A DNA stretch of 64,000 bases, from NCBI RefSeq assembly GCF_006345805.1, contig NC_043009.1, positions 22,754,001 through 22,818,000 of the forward strand. The letters are read 5' to 3'. Shown one piece after another: positions 38,073 to 50,659 of the stretch. How positions within the stretch are numbered: the stretch's first letter is position 1; each line of letters opens with the position of its first letter. Position numbers and translations under genes: made by a program. The notes beneath the pieces are model-generated. The model saw only the letters and a list, made by a program, of their open reading frames with translations, did not search any database and was not told the origin of the DNA. The stretch is from Octopus sinensis (lineage: Eukaryota).

Positions 38073-38176
38073 AAAAAATATGGAATGCTTCATGAATTTG
38101 TGCGTCATTCTTGCGCAGGGGCCATGCTAATCTTTTCTGTATTGTTCCAATTTTAGAATATGTACTGCCGTAGTAC
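38073..38176 (-). pseudogene. U6: U6 snRNA pseudogene
   Basis: Minus strand CGGCAGTACATATTCTAAAATTGGAACAATACAGAAAAGATTAGCATGGCCCCTGCGCAAGAATGACGCACAAATTCATGAAGCATTCCATATTTTTT. The ACAGAGA box is mutated to ACAGAAA, CpGs are decayed and the 5' stem is shortened. Confidence 0.93.
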
Positions 38177-38353
38177 GTTATTTTCATGTGCTATTATTTT
38201 AATGGAATAACCATATCAGGTATGATATATTGCATCAAGTTTAAAATTGGTTATAAGCGAATGTTCAGAGCAAAAGGATAAGAATAGAAAAAGGAAAAGA
38301 TTTCAATGACAATCCAAAAATTGATGTCTATACACACACATTAATATTCACAA

Positions 38354-38391
<38 letters not shown>

Positions 38392-38480
38392 TATATATAT
38401 ATATGTATATTATGTATATATGTATATGTATATATATGTATATATGTATATATATATATATATATTGTATATATATATAT

Positions 38481-38876
38481 ATTGATCAAAATAAAAACAT
38501 GATGCGAAGGATTCAGCGGTACATATGTTTCGGGCCTTTATTAGACAGATTTATAACAATGCATAATGTATGTCTGTGGCCTTCTTCAGCCGCGCACAAC
38601 GGCTTCCACAAGGACATGTGTTACATCAAAGATTCTTGGTTGGGGATGCAAATCCTCTCATTCGCGTACGACATAATGCGGCAGCAGCATAGAATTGAAG
38701 CGTCCATCTCTTTCTTCTCTCAATTGAGAATAATCAATCTGTCTAATAAAGGCCCGAAACATATGTACCGCTGAATCCTTCGCATCATGTTTTTATTTTG
38801 ATCAATTTACTCCACCACCTACACCACCAAACGGTATACACAGGTGCTTATAATTATCAAGTACTCACCCCGAATT
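38481..38876. mobile_element. Mini fold-back copy of PLE family 2
   Basis: 38481-38550 is inverted at 38736-38806, followed by the same ~68-nt extension as 46263-46330. Confidence 0.85.
38516..38593 (-). ncRNA. Type-I hammerhead motif (PLE family 2)
   Basis: GCGG CTGAAGA AGGCC ... GGCCC GAAA CATATG T A CCGC. Confidence 0.78.
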
Positions 38877-38956
38877 TCTATATATATATCTATGTATATA
38901 TGTATATATGTATTATGTATGTATATATATATATATATATATAATATATATATATA

Positions 38957-39036
<80 letters not shown>

Positions 39037-39095
39037 GATATATATTATATATATTATATATATATATTGTATATGTATATATATATATATATATA

Positions 39096-39950
39096 CAGTA
39101 AGTAATTGAGATTCTAGTGAATCTAAAGAATTCACATGAATATGGTCCTTAACTAGGATGCACCGGATATCTATATGGTGTTAGCCATACGACAAGTGGG
39201 GTGATTATAAATAGGAAAAAAGCAACAAGAATGGATTAAAATCTCGGTACGATCGTTTCGTACGAGGACATCTTTAATAAGCTACAAAAAATGCAGTGAA
39301 TACAGATGGCTCGTACTCGTCAGCCGAAAAAATATCAGAGAATTCCCAAACATCAACAAGGGGTAGATATAAAAGAGGTTGTAGGATTAACTGCATTGAA
39401 GAAAGTTCGATTCATGGAGATCTGATGAAAGGTTTTAAACCTATAGAATTTATGCATGTCTACATATAGCTCATATTGGATATTTGATCAAGTTGTATGA
39501 ACAAATTTTCGGATACAGTCATGCAAAATTTCTGAAAATCCGAGTAAGAGGCAAAGTGACTGCCACACCATGTAGAGGAAAGTCTGAGTAAAAACATAGT
39601 GACTGTCATGTCGTGTAGAAGAACAGATTGTTATTGAAATTAACAAGAATCGCAGATAAGTTCGATATTTTTGGAGATCTGATGAAAAAGTCTTGAACTT
39701 ACAAAATTTGTGTATGTCCTTATAGTTCGTAATCCAGTTTTGTGGAGGGATTTAAGGTACGATCATGCGAAAATATCAGGGAGTCCGAATGAGAAGCAAA
39801 AATGACAGCCTTATATTGTAGTGGTTCAAGTAGTTAATGAAATATTCAAGAATCACAGAAAGAGGAGGAAGGGGGTAGGAATTTAATCAGTTACTGCTAT
39901 TTAAGCTGTCAAAGAGAAAGGAAAGGGGAAGCTAAGGGGATGGGCACAAT
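39096..39950 (-). mobile_element. Putative PLE family 3 3' end between (TA)n tracts
   Basis: Non-coding insert carrying a canonical hammerhead near one end and an internal ~250-bp degenerate duplication. Confidence 0.5.
39244..39327 (-). ncRNA. Canonical type-I hammerhead ribozyme motif
   Basis: TCGG CTGACGA GTACGAG ...long loop... CTCGTAC GAAA CGATCG T A CCGA: intact core, 7-bp stem II, palindromic ACGATCGT stem III, GUA cleavage site. Confidence 0.88.
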
Positions 39951-39957
39951 GTATATG

Positions 39958-40000
<43 letters not shown>

Positions 40001-40100
40001 NNNNNNNNNNNNNNNNNNNNNNNNNNNNNNNNNNNNNNNNNNNNNNNNNNNNNNNNNNNNNNNNNNNNNNNNNNNNNNNNNNNNNNNNNNNNNNNNNNNN
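40001..40100. other. Assembly gap (100 N)
   Basis: Run of N. Confidence 1.
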
Positions 40101-41045
40101 GCTTTCACTGTGAAAAGACAAGCTGCTAGCGCCATAGCTCAACTGCCCACCGATCTTTGCTTCCTCCTGACACTGCCTCAATCCGACCATCCCCTTTTAG
40201 TACCCTTCCGCCTCGTAATATCCTACGTTTTTTATTTCTTACGAACCTACACCAATCCTTCCTGCCATCGTTCCTCCTTACCCAACCTTCCCCACTGGTT
40301 GCTCCCTATACTACCCGCCTCAACTGGACCCCCCCCTCCCAAAACTCAACTCTAGAATATCTGTATTTCTTTCCTCTAACCTAATTACGTTACTCAGTGA
40401 CGATAACGAATGTCCACTGCTAACACCAGCTCCTGCCCACGGCGTGGTCAGGTTGGAAGAGAGATCAAAAGAAAAATACCACGAAAACTATCACCACCAC
40501 AAACAACCCTCCTCTTCTCAGGCGCCGAATCAACCCGTCCCCTCCCACATCTCCTTCCCAGTTTTCAGAGTTGGCACTATCAATGTTGGTACATTGACAG
40601 GCAAGTCTAGTGAGATTGTAGAGATGCTAGAGAGAAGACAGGTTGATGTAATCTCTGGAGATATGCTGTGACTACAAAGACCCGGGCCTGCTTTCTGCAG
40701 CAATTCCACATACCCCCTACCCATTCTAAGTACCCCGGATCCCCAAAGTACCCTGGATCCCCAAAGTACCCCGATCCCCAAAGTACCCCGGACCTCGTTG
40801 CCCCCGTGCCGCTGACACGTAAAATGCTCGAACCGATCGTGACGATGCCAGACCCTCCGGCCCCTGTGCAGGTGGCACGTTAAAAAAGCACCCAATCCAT
40901 CACGGAGTGGTTGGCGTTAGGAAGGGCATCCAGCCGTAGAAACTCTGCCAGATTCAGACTGGAGCTGGAGCGGCCCCTGGCTTCCCAGACCGGTCGAACC
41001 GTCCAACCCGTGCTAGCGCGGAAAGCGGACGTTAAACGATGATGA
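40101..41045 (+). mobile_element. Internally deleted RTE (5' UTR and APE start joined to ORF end and 3' UTR)
   Basis: FRVGTINVGTLTGKSSEIVEMLERRQVDVI joined at ~40651 to LWRYAVTTKTR; then an 18-bp minisatellite, pseudoknot modules and GAT tail. Confidence 0.8.
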
Positions 41046-41176
41046 GATATATATGTATATATATATGTATATATATATATAGATATATATATAATATATA
41101 GTATATATATAATGTATATATATTATATATATGTATATATAATATATATATATGGAATATATATATATATATATAA

Positions 41177-41208
<32 letters not shown>

Positions 41209-41329
41209 GTATATGTATATAGATATATATATATCTGTATATTATTAATATATATATATATATTATATGTATATTATATATATATATATGTATATGTAAA
41301 TATATATATATTATATATATATATGTATG

Positions 41330-41371
<42 letters not shown>

Positions 41372-41429
41372 TTATATACATATTGTATATATATATTGAT
41401 CAAAATAAAAACATGATGCCAAGGATTCA

Positions 41430-41506
41430 GCGGTACATATGTTTTGGGCCTTTATTAGACAGATTTAAACAATGCATAATGTATGTCTGTGGCCTTCTTC
41501 AGCCAC
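41430..41506 (-). ncRNA. Hammerhead motif, decayed (G12 to A)
   Basis: GTGG CTGAAGA AGGCC...GGCCC AAAA CATATG TA CCGC. Confidence 0.6.
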
Positions 41507-43229
41507 GCACAACAACTTCCACAAGGACATGTGTTCATCAAAATTCTTGGTTGGGGATGCAAATCCTCTCATTCGCGTACGACATAATGCGGCAACAGCA
41601 TAGAATTGATGCGTCCATCTCTTTTCTTCTCTCAATGTAGAATGAGGAAATTTGGATGGTGAAGTAATGTAAATAAATTAATAAATAAATACAATATAGA
41701 CGTGAAGGGACCTGGTAATAAGAGTAAATAGGGGGAAGATGGAGGGGCGAGAATTCAGGACGAAGGATAAAAATATATAAAAAGTGTAAGTATAGAAAAT
41801 ATAAAAATGTAGAGTATAAAGATATAAAGAGATATAAGGAGATATAAAGGGGATATAAAGAATATAAAAAATATAAATGAATATAAAGGTATAAAGTTAA
41901 AATAGAAATAAAAATAAAAATAGGAATAAAAATGATAAAAAATGTAAAAAAATATATAAGGATAAGGGATGTATAGTGGTTACGGACCAAACATGGTGGT
42001 CAGGAAAATGACAGAATTTAGTTGTAGAAGTTTTGGGTGTCAATAAATCAACCGGGGCGTCTGGGGACCTAGTGTATTGTAAATCAGAGCTGTTGAGCGG
42101 TTAATCTAGTTCCCTTAATTAAGTGGTCATCTTGTACATACATACCAGCATGGATACATACACCCATATACATGCGCACATATACGCGCGCATACACAGC
42201 TCCAAGCATATAAGCATACATACGTACTCACATGTAAACATATACAGAAACACATATACACCCACACACATGCGCATATATACATACATACAACAGAATA
42301 TGTGCATATATACACGGACATTATACGTGTACATATAATATCAAATACACACCACACGCACATACACATATACATATGCATACACATATGCACATGTATA
42401 CCTATACATACATACGCATATACACACACCCATATATACACACGTACGTCCATCCTTAGAAACACATACACAGATGCCCACACATACAGGTTTAGATATA
42501 AGATATTAAAAGATGTATATAAGAACGCATGTAAAGAATCACGCACTCACGTCTACACGTACACGCACGGCTGTGTGTCCATATGTGCGTGTACATATAC
42601 ACTTACATACACACACAGAGACATACGCGCGTATAGGTATAGCTGTAAGATATTAAAAGATGTATACAAATATGTGTAAACATATGCATATAAGAAATCT
42701 GCGAAAACATGTGAAAAAACATGTAAAAAAACATGTAAGAAATTTTTAAAAATTATTAAAGAAAATTATTAAAGGAAGCTATTAAAGAAGAGTAACGGGG
42801 TATGCACATCCAGACGTAGATGTTTACTCGTACATATGTACACATATGTATACGTATACATACGTACACGGACGCACGTATAATCACAAAGCGGATCCAT
42901 AGATCAGTAAATAAAGGATAAGCAAAAAAATAGACATATATAGAGATATAAAGCGATAATTTAGGGGTAAGAATGAGGGTAAGAATAAAAATTAGAAATA
43001 AAAGTAAGAAATACAATATAAAATAAGAAATACAATATAAAATTTATAAGAACTATAAGAATTAAAATAAGGAATGAAAATAAAAATAAGAATAAAGGTA
43101 AAGCGAAATAGAATAGGATAAAATAAAATAAAAATATAATCGGGTAAAGCTTAACATGAGATGAAGGAAAAGATAAAAGGTGGTTGAAAGTGTAAAGTTG
43201 TTGGAAATGATAGAGAATATTCTCTTACA

Positions 43230-44011
43230 TAATTTAACTTCCCACCCACCCATAAGTATAGAAGTATCTTCTCCAACAAAACTATTAGGATTTCCTACTC
43301 TACCCTGCCCAACATGAGCTGCCTCATAGCTAAACATAACTATATTAATATTAGAACAGCTAGATCCAGAGCAAGCTATAGCGACCAACCGAACCCCCCT
43401 CATCCAGACAGTAGACAATATAATCAGACTGGCAGCCATATTACCCAAACAGTTAGTAATAACACCCAACCAACACACAGAGGCAATACCACACCATCAA
43501 CAACCAGGAGGATACCATTGCCCCCACACGTAATGCAACACCTCCGCCTGGGATTAACAGCACACGACCGAGTAATGCAATGCACTGCAACTGCATATGT
43601 GCATCCAAGTGTCCGCTACGGGGCGCATGTAGGGCGAAAAACGTAATATATTCATGTGAGGTGAGTACCCAGTTTAACACACTCACCTACATAGGTTGCT
43701 CAACATCCTGGAAATCCAGATACTACAACCACCGGTACTTGCTGAAACACAGACATAAAGCTAACAGCACGTCTCTTTCTAAAAAAATTTGGGAATTAAA
43801 AGACAAATGCATAGGTTTCAAACTCAGGTGGTCCATCATCGGATCAGCTGCCCCTTATTTAAATAATAGAGCAGGATGCCAACTATGTTGTGTAGAACTC
43901 CTGAATATCTTGAAATTCAAAGACAAACACAATCTTATTAACAAAAGGTCAGAGTTCAAACCTTCCTGTATACACAAACTTATTAATACTTTCAAATACT
44001 ACAAAGCTTAG
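43230..44011 (+). pseudogene. PLE thumb/linker plus GIY-YIG endonuclease, frameshift near 43580
   Basis: FPPTHKYRSIFSNKTIRISYSTLPNM; CNC..CPLRGAC..NVIY..TYIG..WKSRYYNH..TSLSKKIWELK..CQLCCVE..LINKRSE..C.H. Confidence 0.9.
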
Positions 44012-46149
44012 GCTATTATACCAACTCCCCCATGCAATTTCCTCCCACCCGGTGCAACCTGTCGGCTCCAGCACATCCCGCTTTCCTATATGTGCGTGTG
44101 TATGTGTATATATATATATGTATATATGTATATACATATATGTGTGCATATATGTATATATATATACATGTGTGTGTGTGTGTGTGCATGTGCATATATA
44201 TTTCCCTGCATTTTCCTCCTATATATACATATTTTGTCTCCCATATATGTTTTTTTTCCCTATATATTTCTTCTCCCACACCTACATTCTTCCTATCTAG
44301 ACTCTTTATTTCCCTATACCTATACCTTTTCACATTTCTAACTCGGATGTTGAGCGCACACCGCCAAACTCCACTTCCCAATCGTTCCAATTTTCAGTTC
44401 CCCCCGCCCGCCCCGACGTGGTCACCTTTAGCACACACATTTAACTTTACACTTTCAACCACCTTTTATCTTTTCCTTCATCTCATGTTAAGCTTTACCC
44501 GATTATATTTTTATTTTATTTTATCCTATTCTATTTCGCTTTACTTTTATTCTTATTTTTATTTTCATTCCTTATTTTAATTCTTATAGTTCTTATAAAT
44601 TTTATATTGTATTTCTTATTTTATATTGTATTTCTTACTTTTATTTCTAATTTTTATTCTTACCCTCATTCTTACCCCTAAATTATCGCTTTATATCTCT
44701 ATATATGTCTATTTTTTTGCTTATCCCTTATTTACTGATCTATGGATCTGCTTTATGATTATACGTGCGTCCGTGTACGTATGTATACGTATACATATGT
44801 GTATATATGTACGAGTAAACATCTACGTCTGGATGTGCATACCCCGTTACTCTTCTTTAATAGCTTCCTTTAATAATTTTCTTTAATAATTTTTTAAAAT
44901 TTCTTACATGTTTTTTGACATGTTTTTTCACATGTTTTCGCAGATTTCTTATATGCATATGTTTACACATATTTGTATACATCTTTTAATATCTTACAGC
45001 TATACCTATACGCGCGTATGTCTCTGTGTGTGTATGTAAGTATATATGTACACGCACATATGGACACACAGCCGTGCGTGCGTGTACGTATAGACGTGAG
45101 TGTGTGATTCTTTACATGCGTTCTTATATACATCTTTTAATATCTTATATCTAAACCTGTATGTGTGGGCATCTGTGTATGTGTTTCTAAGGATGGACGT
45201 ACATATGTATATATGGGTGTGTGTATATGCATATGTATGTATAGGTATACATGTGCATATGTGTATGCATATGTATATGTGTATGTGCGTGTGTGTGTAT
45301 ATATGTATATATATGTACACGTATAATGTCCGTGTATATATGCGCATATTCTGTTGTATGTATGTATATATGCGCATGTGTGTGGGTGTATATGTGTTTC
45401 TGTATATGTTTACACGTGAGTACGTATGTATGCTTATATGCTTGGAGCTGTGTATGCGCGCGTATATGTGCGCGTGTATATGGGTGTATGTATCCATGCT
45501 GGTATGTATGTACAAGATGACCACTTAATTCAAGGAACTAGATTGACCGCTCAACAGCTCTGATTTACAATACACTAGGTTCCCAGACGCCCCGGTTGAT
45601 TTATTGACACCCAAAACTTCTACAACTAAATTCTGTCATTTTCCTGACCACCATGTTTGGTCCGTAACCACTATACATCCCTTATCCTTATATATTTTTT
45701 TACATTTTTTATCATTTTTATTCCTATTTTTATTTTTATTTCTATTTTAACTTTATACCTTTATATTCATTTATATTTTTTTATATTCTTTATATCCCCT
45801 TTATATCTCCTTATATCTCTTTATATCTTTATACTCTACATTTTTATATTTTTCTATACTTACACTTTTTATATATTTTTTATCCTTCGTCCTGAATTCT
45901 TGCCCCTCCATCTTTACCCCTATTTACTCTTATTATTACCAGGTCCCTTCACGTCTATATATGTATTTATTTATTAATTTATTTACATTACTTCAACATC
46001 CAAATTTCCTCATTCTACATTGAGAGAAGAAAGAGATGGACGCTTCAATTCTATGCTGTTGCCGCATTATGTCGTACGCAAATGAGAGGATTTGCATCCC
46101 CAACCAAGAATTTTTGATGTAACACATGTCCTTGTGGAAGTTGTTGTGC

Positions 46150-46227
46150 GTGGCTGAAGAAGGCTACAGACATACATTATGCATTGTTATAAATCTGTCT
46201 AATAAAGGCCTGAAACATATGTACCGC
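46150..46227 (+). ncRNA. Type-I hammerhead motif (PLE family 2, sense arm)
   Basis: GTGG CTGAAGA AGGCT ... GGCCT GAAA CATATG T A CCGC. Confidence 0.8.
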
Positions 46228-46346
46228 TGAATCCTTGGCATCATGTTTTTATTTTGATCAATTTACTCCACCACCTACACCACCAAACGGTATACACAGG
46301 TGCTTATAATTATCAAGTACTCAGCCCGAATATATGTATATATATG

Positions 46347-46377
<31 letters not shown>

Positions 46378-46423
46378 GTATGTATATATATATATCTATG
46401 TATGTATATGTATATATATATAT

Positions 46424-49319
46424 GAGAGACTTTGTTGCATGCAATCAAGCCTTATGCATAGCACTTACGGAAACGCACCTGAAACCGGACATAGCAGATG
46501 CGGAGTTACACATACCACAGTATGCTGTACTACGGACCGACAGGAAAGAAAGGAGTCATGGAGGTGTTGCTATGTACATCCGTGAGGACCTCACACCCCA
46601 GGTCCTCTTGTCATACTCAAACTCGGTGTGTGACACACTAATTGTACATATTAGGCAACTTGATGTAGTTGTGTGTGCTACATATCGCCCTCCAGATGCC
46701 CCAAGCCATGTGGGCAAGTTTGAAGACTGCCTTATAAAAATAGAAGAAGTTCTAACCACATTGGAACAACACATAAGTGTACTCCTTATGGGAGACTTCA
46801 ATCTGCTAAATGTCAGATGGCCCGAGGGCCTTTCTCTCCCAGGAATGACAAGATGTGAACGAGGACAGGCGAGGTCCCTCCTGAACCTCATCAACACCCT
46901 GTACATGGAGCAGGTAATACTCCAACCAACCAGGGCAGGTAACACACTGGATCTCTGCTTCACAAATGACATGGATCTCATCCATAATGTGAAAGTGACA
47001 CCGACACTACTCTCGGATCACAACATGATAGAGCTGACCATGTACGGGCCAAAAGAGAGCACGGACATGCAGCCTACAAGAAACCCTCAGAATCTTTCCA
47101 GCTTGAACTACCATAAGGCAAAATGGAAACAAATTGAGAAAGAGATCCTCAAACAAAACTGGCCTAACTGTCTCTTCTCGCCAGACATTGACGTGAAACT
47201 TCAACAATTCATGTCTGTAATGCAAGCCATATGCTACAAATGTGTCTCAGAGAGAAAGGCCACTGTACACAAGAACAAAATCCCCAGAGAGAGGAAAATT
47301 TTAATGAGATGGCGTACAAAATTTTCAAATCGCCTAAACAAACAGATTGAAAGCAGTGAAAAGTCCCGCCTAAAAATAAAACTGTTGGAAATCGAAAAAT
47401 GTCTGCAACTCTCCCATGAAAAAGAAAGAGCAGACAAAGAAGCCTGGGCTATAGACAACATAAAATCTAACCCCAGAGCTTTCTACAGGTATGCCAAAGA
47501 AACAGCTACGGTGCACTGTAGAATAGGGCCACTCCTCGAAAAGGATGGCACACTTACAGGAAAACCAATGAGGGTAAGTGAAATACTGAATGAGCAATTC
47601 AAGAGTGTTTTCACTCCACCCCTTGGGCATCTCCAAATCACCAATCCAACTGACTTTTTTACCACTGCAGATATAAAATCAGAGGCGGCGACGATAGATT
47701 ACATCGATATAAAGGAAGACGATGTAATCAAGGCTATAGATGAAATGAAAACAGACTCAGCTACTGGCCCCGATGGATTCCCGGCAATCCTCCTAAAAGC
47801 ATGTAAGAGAGTCCTAGCAAGACCACTGCAGTTCCTCTTTCAGAGCTTCCTTGCAGCTGGCAAACTTCCAAGAAAACTGAAGGAAGGTAAAATATGCCCC
47901 ATTCATAAAGGAGGTAGCAGAGCGGAAGCCAAGAACTATAGACCTATCTCTCTGACCTCACACATCAGTAAGGTCATGGAACGAATAGTCAGAAGGAAGC
48001 TAATTACCTTCCTTGAAGAGAATGACTTGCTGCCCGACACCCAACATGGTTTCCGACCAGGGAGAAGCTGTTTAACTCAGCTCCTACAACACTATGACTG
48101 GGTGCTGAAACGGCTGCTCAACCACTCAAATGTGGAAGTGATATATCTCGACTTTGCAAAGGCCTTTGATAAAGTCGATCATGTAATGATATGTCACAAA
48201 CTGCGTGATCTCAACATAGTTGGAAAACTGGGAGAATGGCTTCATGACTTTCTGAAAGATAGAAGTCAGGTGGTAGTAGCCAATGGGGCCACTTCCATTA
48301 ACACGCAAATAGTGAGCGGTGTCCGCAGGGCACTGTTCTGGGACCACTACTGTTCATAATGGCCCTCTCAGACATGCCCTCAGCCACGCAGAGAGCCACG
48401 ACACAAGTTATGCAGATGATACAAAAGTTTCACAGGCAATACAGAACCCTGAGGACACTAAACACCTGCAATGTGAGCTGGACAAAATATACAAGTGGGC
48501 CGAAAAGAATAGCATGCAGTTCAATGCTGAAAAGTTTCAAGCTCTATACTATCAGCATGCAAAACTAAATGCAATACCCAATGAATACACTGGACCCGGA
48601 GGAATAGCAATCCCAGAGGCACAATCAGTGCGTGACCTAGGTATTTACATGAGTGATGACGCGACCTTTCATGTACATGTTGCTAAATTGGCAATGAAAT
48701 GTAGACGACTGGCCGGATGGATCCTCAGAACCTTTAGAACAAGAGAACAAGAACCATGATGGTCCTCTGGAGGACACTTGTCCTAAGCCACTTTGACTAC
48801 TGCTCTCAGTTATGGTCACCATCCAGTGTCAAGTTGATCACAGAGCTCGAGGCGATCCAACGTAGCTACACGAAGAAGATAGCCTCTATGCAGAATGTAA
48901 GCTACTGGGAAAGACTCAAGAGATTAAAACTATATTCCCTGGAGCGTAGGCAGGAAAGATATGCCATAATATACATCTGGAAGATCCTGGAGGGACGTGT
49001 CCTGAACTTTGGCATCGAGAGTTACGCAAATGCCAGAACTGGGCGCCACTGCGTGGTGCCTAGGACTCCAAACTTGCCATCAAGATGTAGGACAAGATTC
49101 TGTGATAGCCTGGGCTTCCGAGGCCCACAGCTCTTCAATATCCTCCCGAAGAACCTGAGAGACCTGCATGGGGTGGATGCAGATGTCTTTAAAATGAAGC
49201 TGGATCTCTTCCTGTCAGGTGTCCCAGATGAACCAACTTCATGGCAGGAGGGGCAGATGAGGGCAGCTGCATCAAACTCTCTCATGCACCAAATGGCAGT
49301 TGCTAGAAAGCTTTCGTGA
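46424..49319 (+). pseudogene. CR1-like APE-RT ORF2 with frameshifts (~48325, ~48395, ~48755)
   Basis: ALTETHL, TYRPP, MGDFN, TLDLCFTN, SDHN, NYRPISLTS, QHGFRPGRSC, YLDFAKAFDKVDH, YADDTK, VRDLG, LYSLERRQER. Confidence 0.93.
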
Positions 49320-49413
49320 AGTGAAACCAAGTAGCAACACCAAATGGCGGTGCCCCAGCATGGCCACAGCTCATAAGCTGAAACTAGAATCAATCAATCA
49401 ATCAATCAATCAA
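46424..49413 (+). mobile_element. CR1/L2-group LINE, slightly 5'-truncated ORF2, (AATC)n tail
   Basis: APE and RT homology, short 3' UTR, AATC tandem tail at 49388-49413. Confidence 0.92.
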
Positions 49414-50208
49414 ATATATATATCTCATCATATATCTTTTATCTCATTGTATATATAAATCATCATGTATATTACATATATCTCATTGTATACATTAAAT
49501 ATCTCATCCTCTGTGTATGTGTGTGTGTTTGAGACAAGCTTTTTCTGGTTTCCATTTATCAAATCCACTCACATGGCAGCTTCAGTTGGCTTAGGCTATC
49601 ACTGAAGATACTCCCACAAGGTGACATACAACTAGACTGGACATGAAGCAATTTTCTCAGCCACAGCGACAAGTGTATACACGTGTGTGTACATGTGAGC
49701 ATGCATGCATGTATGTGTATGTTTGTAGTGCGGCTGTGAGTGCATTTGCACCAATGTAAAATTGGTGAATATCATTGTTTCTGTTAATGAAAAGTCATAA
49801 CCTTAGCTATTGAATAAAGAGGTATAACTAACCTAAACAGGAGGGGTCAATATAGTACGATTAAAACAACTATAAAGGCGATGCCCCAGCATGGGCAGAG
49901 TCCAAAGCAAAAAGAAAAAAACTATGGATCAGGCATTTCTAGGATGACATTTTCTTGTTAATTGTTTGCTTTCTAATTTCATTACAGTCCCCCAGACATC
50001 GATTCACAAATTGCTCCAACAAAACTGCCAGACCTATTTCTCTCACCAAACAATAACATTACTGGTTGAAAAAAGAAAAGAAAATTAAAAAAAGGGTTGT
50101 CTTTCATAAGTTTTTTCATTTTTGTCTCATGCATTCCTATATATTTGTATAAGATTTTTTCTTTCATTACATAAAATACACACACATGTGTATCTGCATG
50201 TGTACACA

Positions 50209-50242
<34 letters not shown>

Positions 50243-50313
50243 TTCTTTCTTTCATTATGTAAAATACACACACACACGTGTGCATGTCTATGTGTTTATG
50301 TATGTGTGTTTGT

Positions 50314-50366
<53 letters not shown>

Positions 50367-50569
50367 CTTCTTTTCAACTCATTCTTGTGTGTGTGTGTGC
50401 GCACGTGCGTGCACATATGTGTGTGTATTACATGAATGTGCATGCATTTATACACACACGCTCATTTAATTATTAAATACCACTGAACTCTTCCCTCATA
50501 TTATTTCTACTTTAAGTATTTGCAATGGTCTATTATTGTTGTTGTTGTTGTTAACCTTTTCTGTTGTAG

Positions 50570-50659
50570 TCTACAGAAATAGCTGAAGATATTCTTACTA
50601 ACAACAACATGAACAATGCTGATGATGCTGATGATGAGGATGCAGAAGATAATGAACAG
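50570..50659 (+). CDS. Possible 90-nt host exon (STEIAEDILTNNNMNNADDADDEDAEDNEQ)
   Basis: TTAAC plus pyrimidine tract plus TAG acceptor, open phase-0 frame, weak CAG|GTTAAG donor; no recognised homology. Confidence 0.2.

Larger units (their letters stand above)
41395..46330. mobile_element. Penelope-like element 2 with ~1.8-kb inverted arms (41395-43199 / 44443-46262) and 3' extension
   Basis: Arms are reverse complements; GIY-YIG ORF lies between them; hammerheads in both arms. Confidence 0.9.

Noticed and set aside
38073-38176. Functional U6 gene
   Set aside because: ACAGAGA box mutated, 5' stem-loop deletion and multiple CpG transitions.
39420-39720. CTGATGA motifs on the plus strand at ~39422 and ~39679 as hammerheads
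   Set aside because: No correctly placed GAAA, stem III or stem I.
41395-46262. Inverted arms as an assembly artefact
   Set aside because: The arms differ by many substitutions and indels and follow PLE architecture, although long-read confirmation is still desirable.
46254-46423. N-terminus of the 701-aa ORF
   Set aside because: Derived from the PLE tail and (TA)n, not from the LINE.
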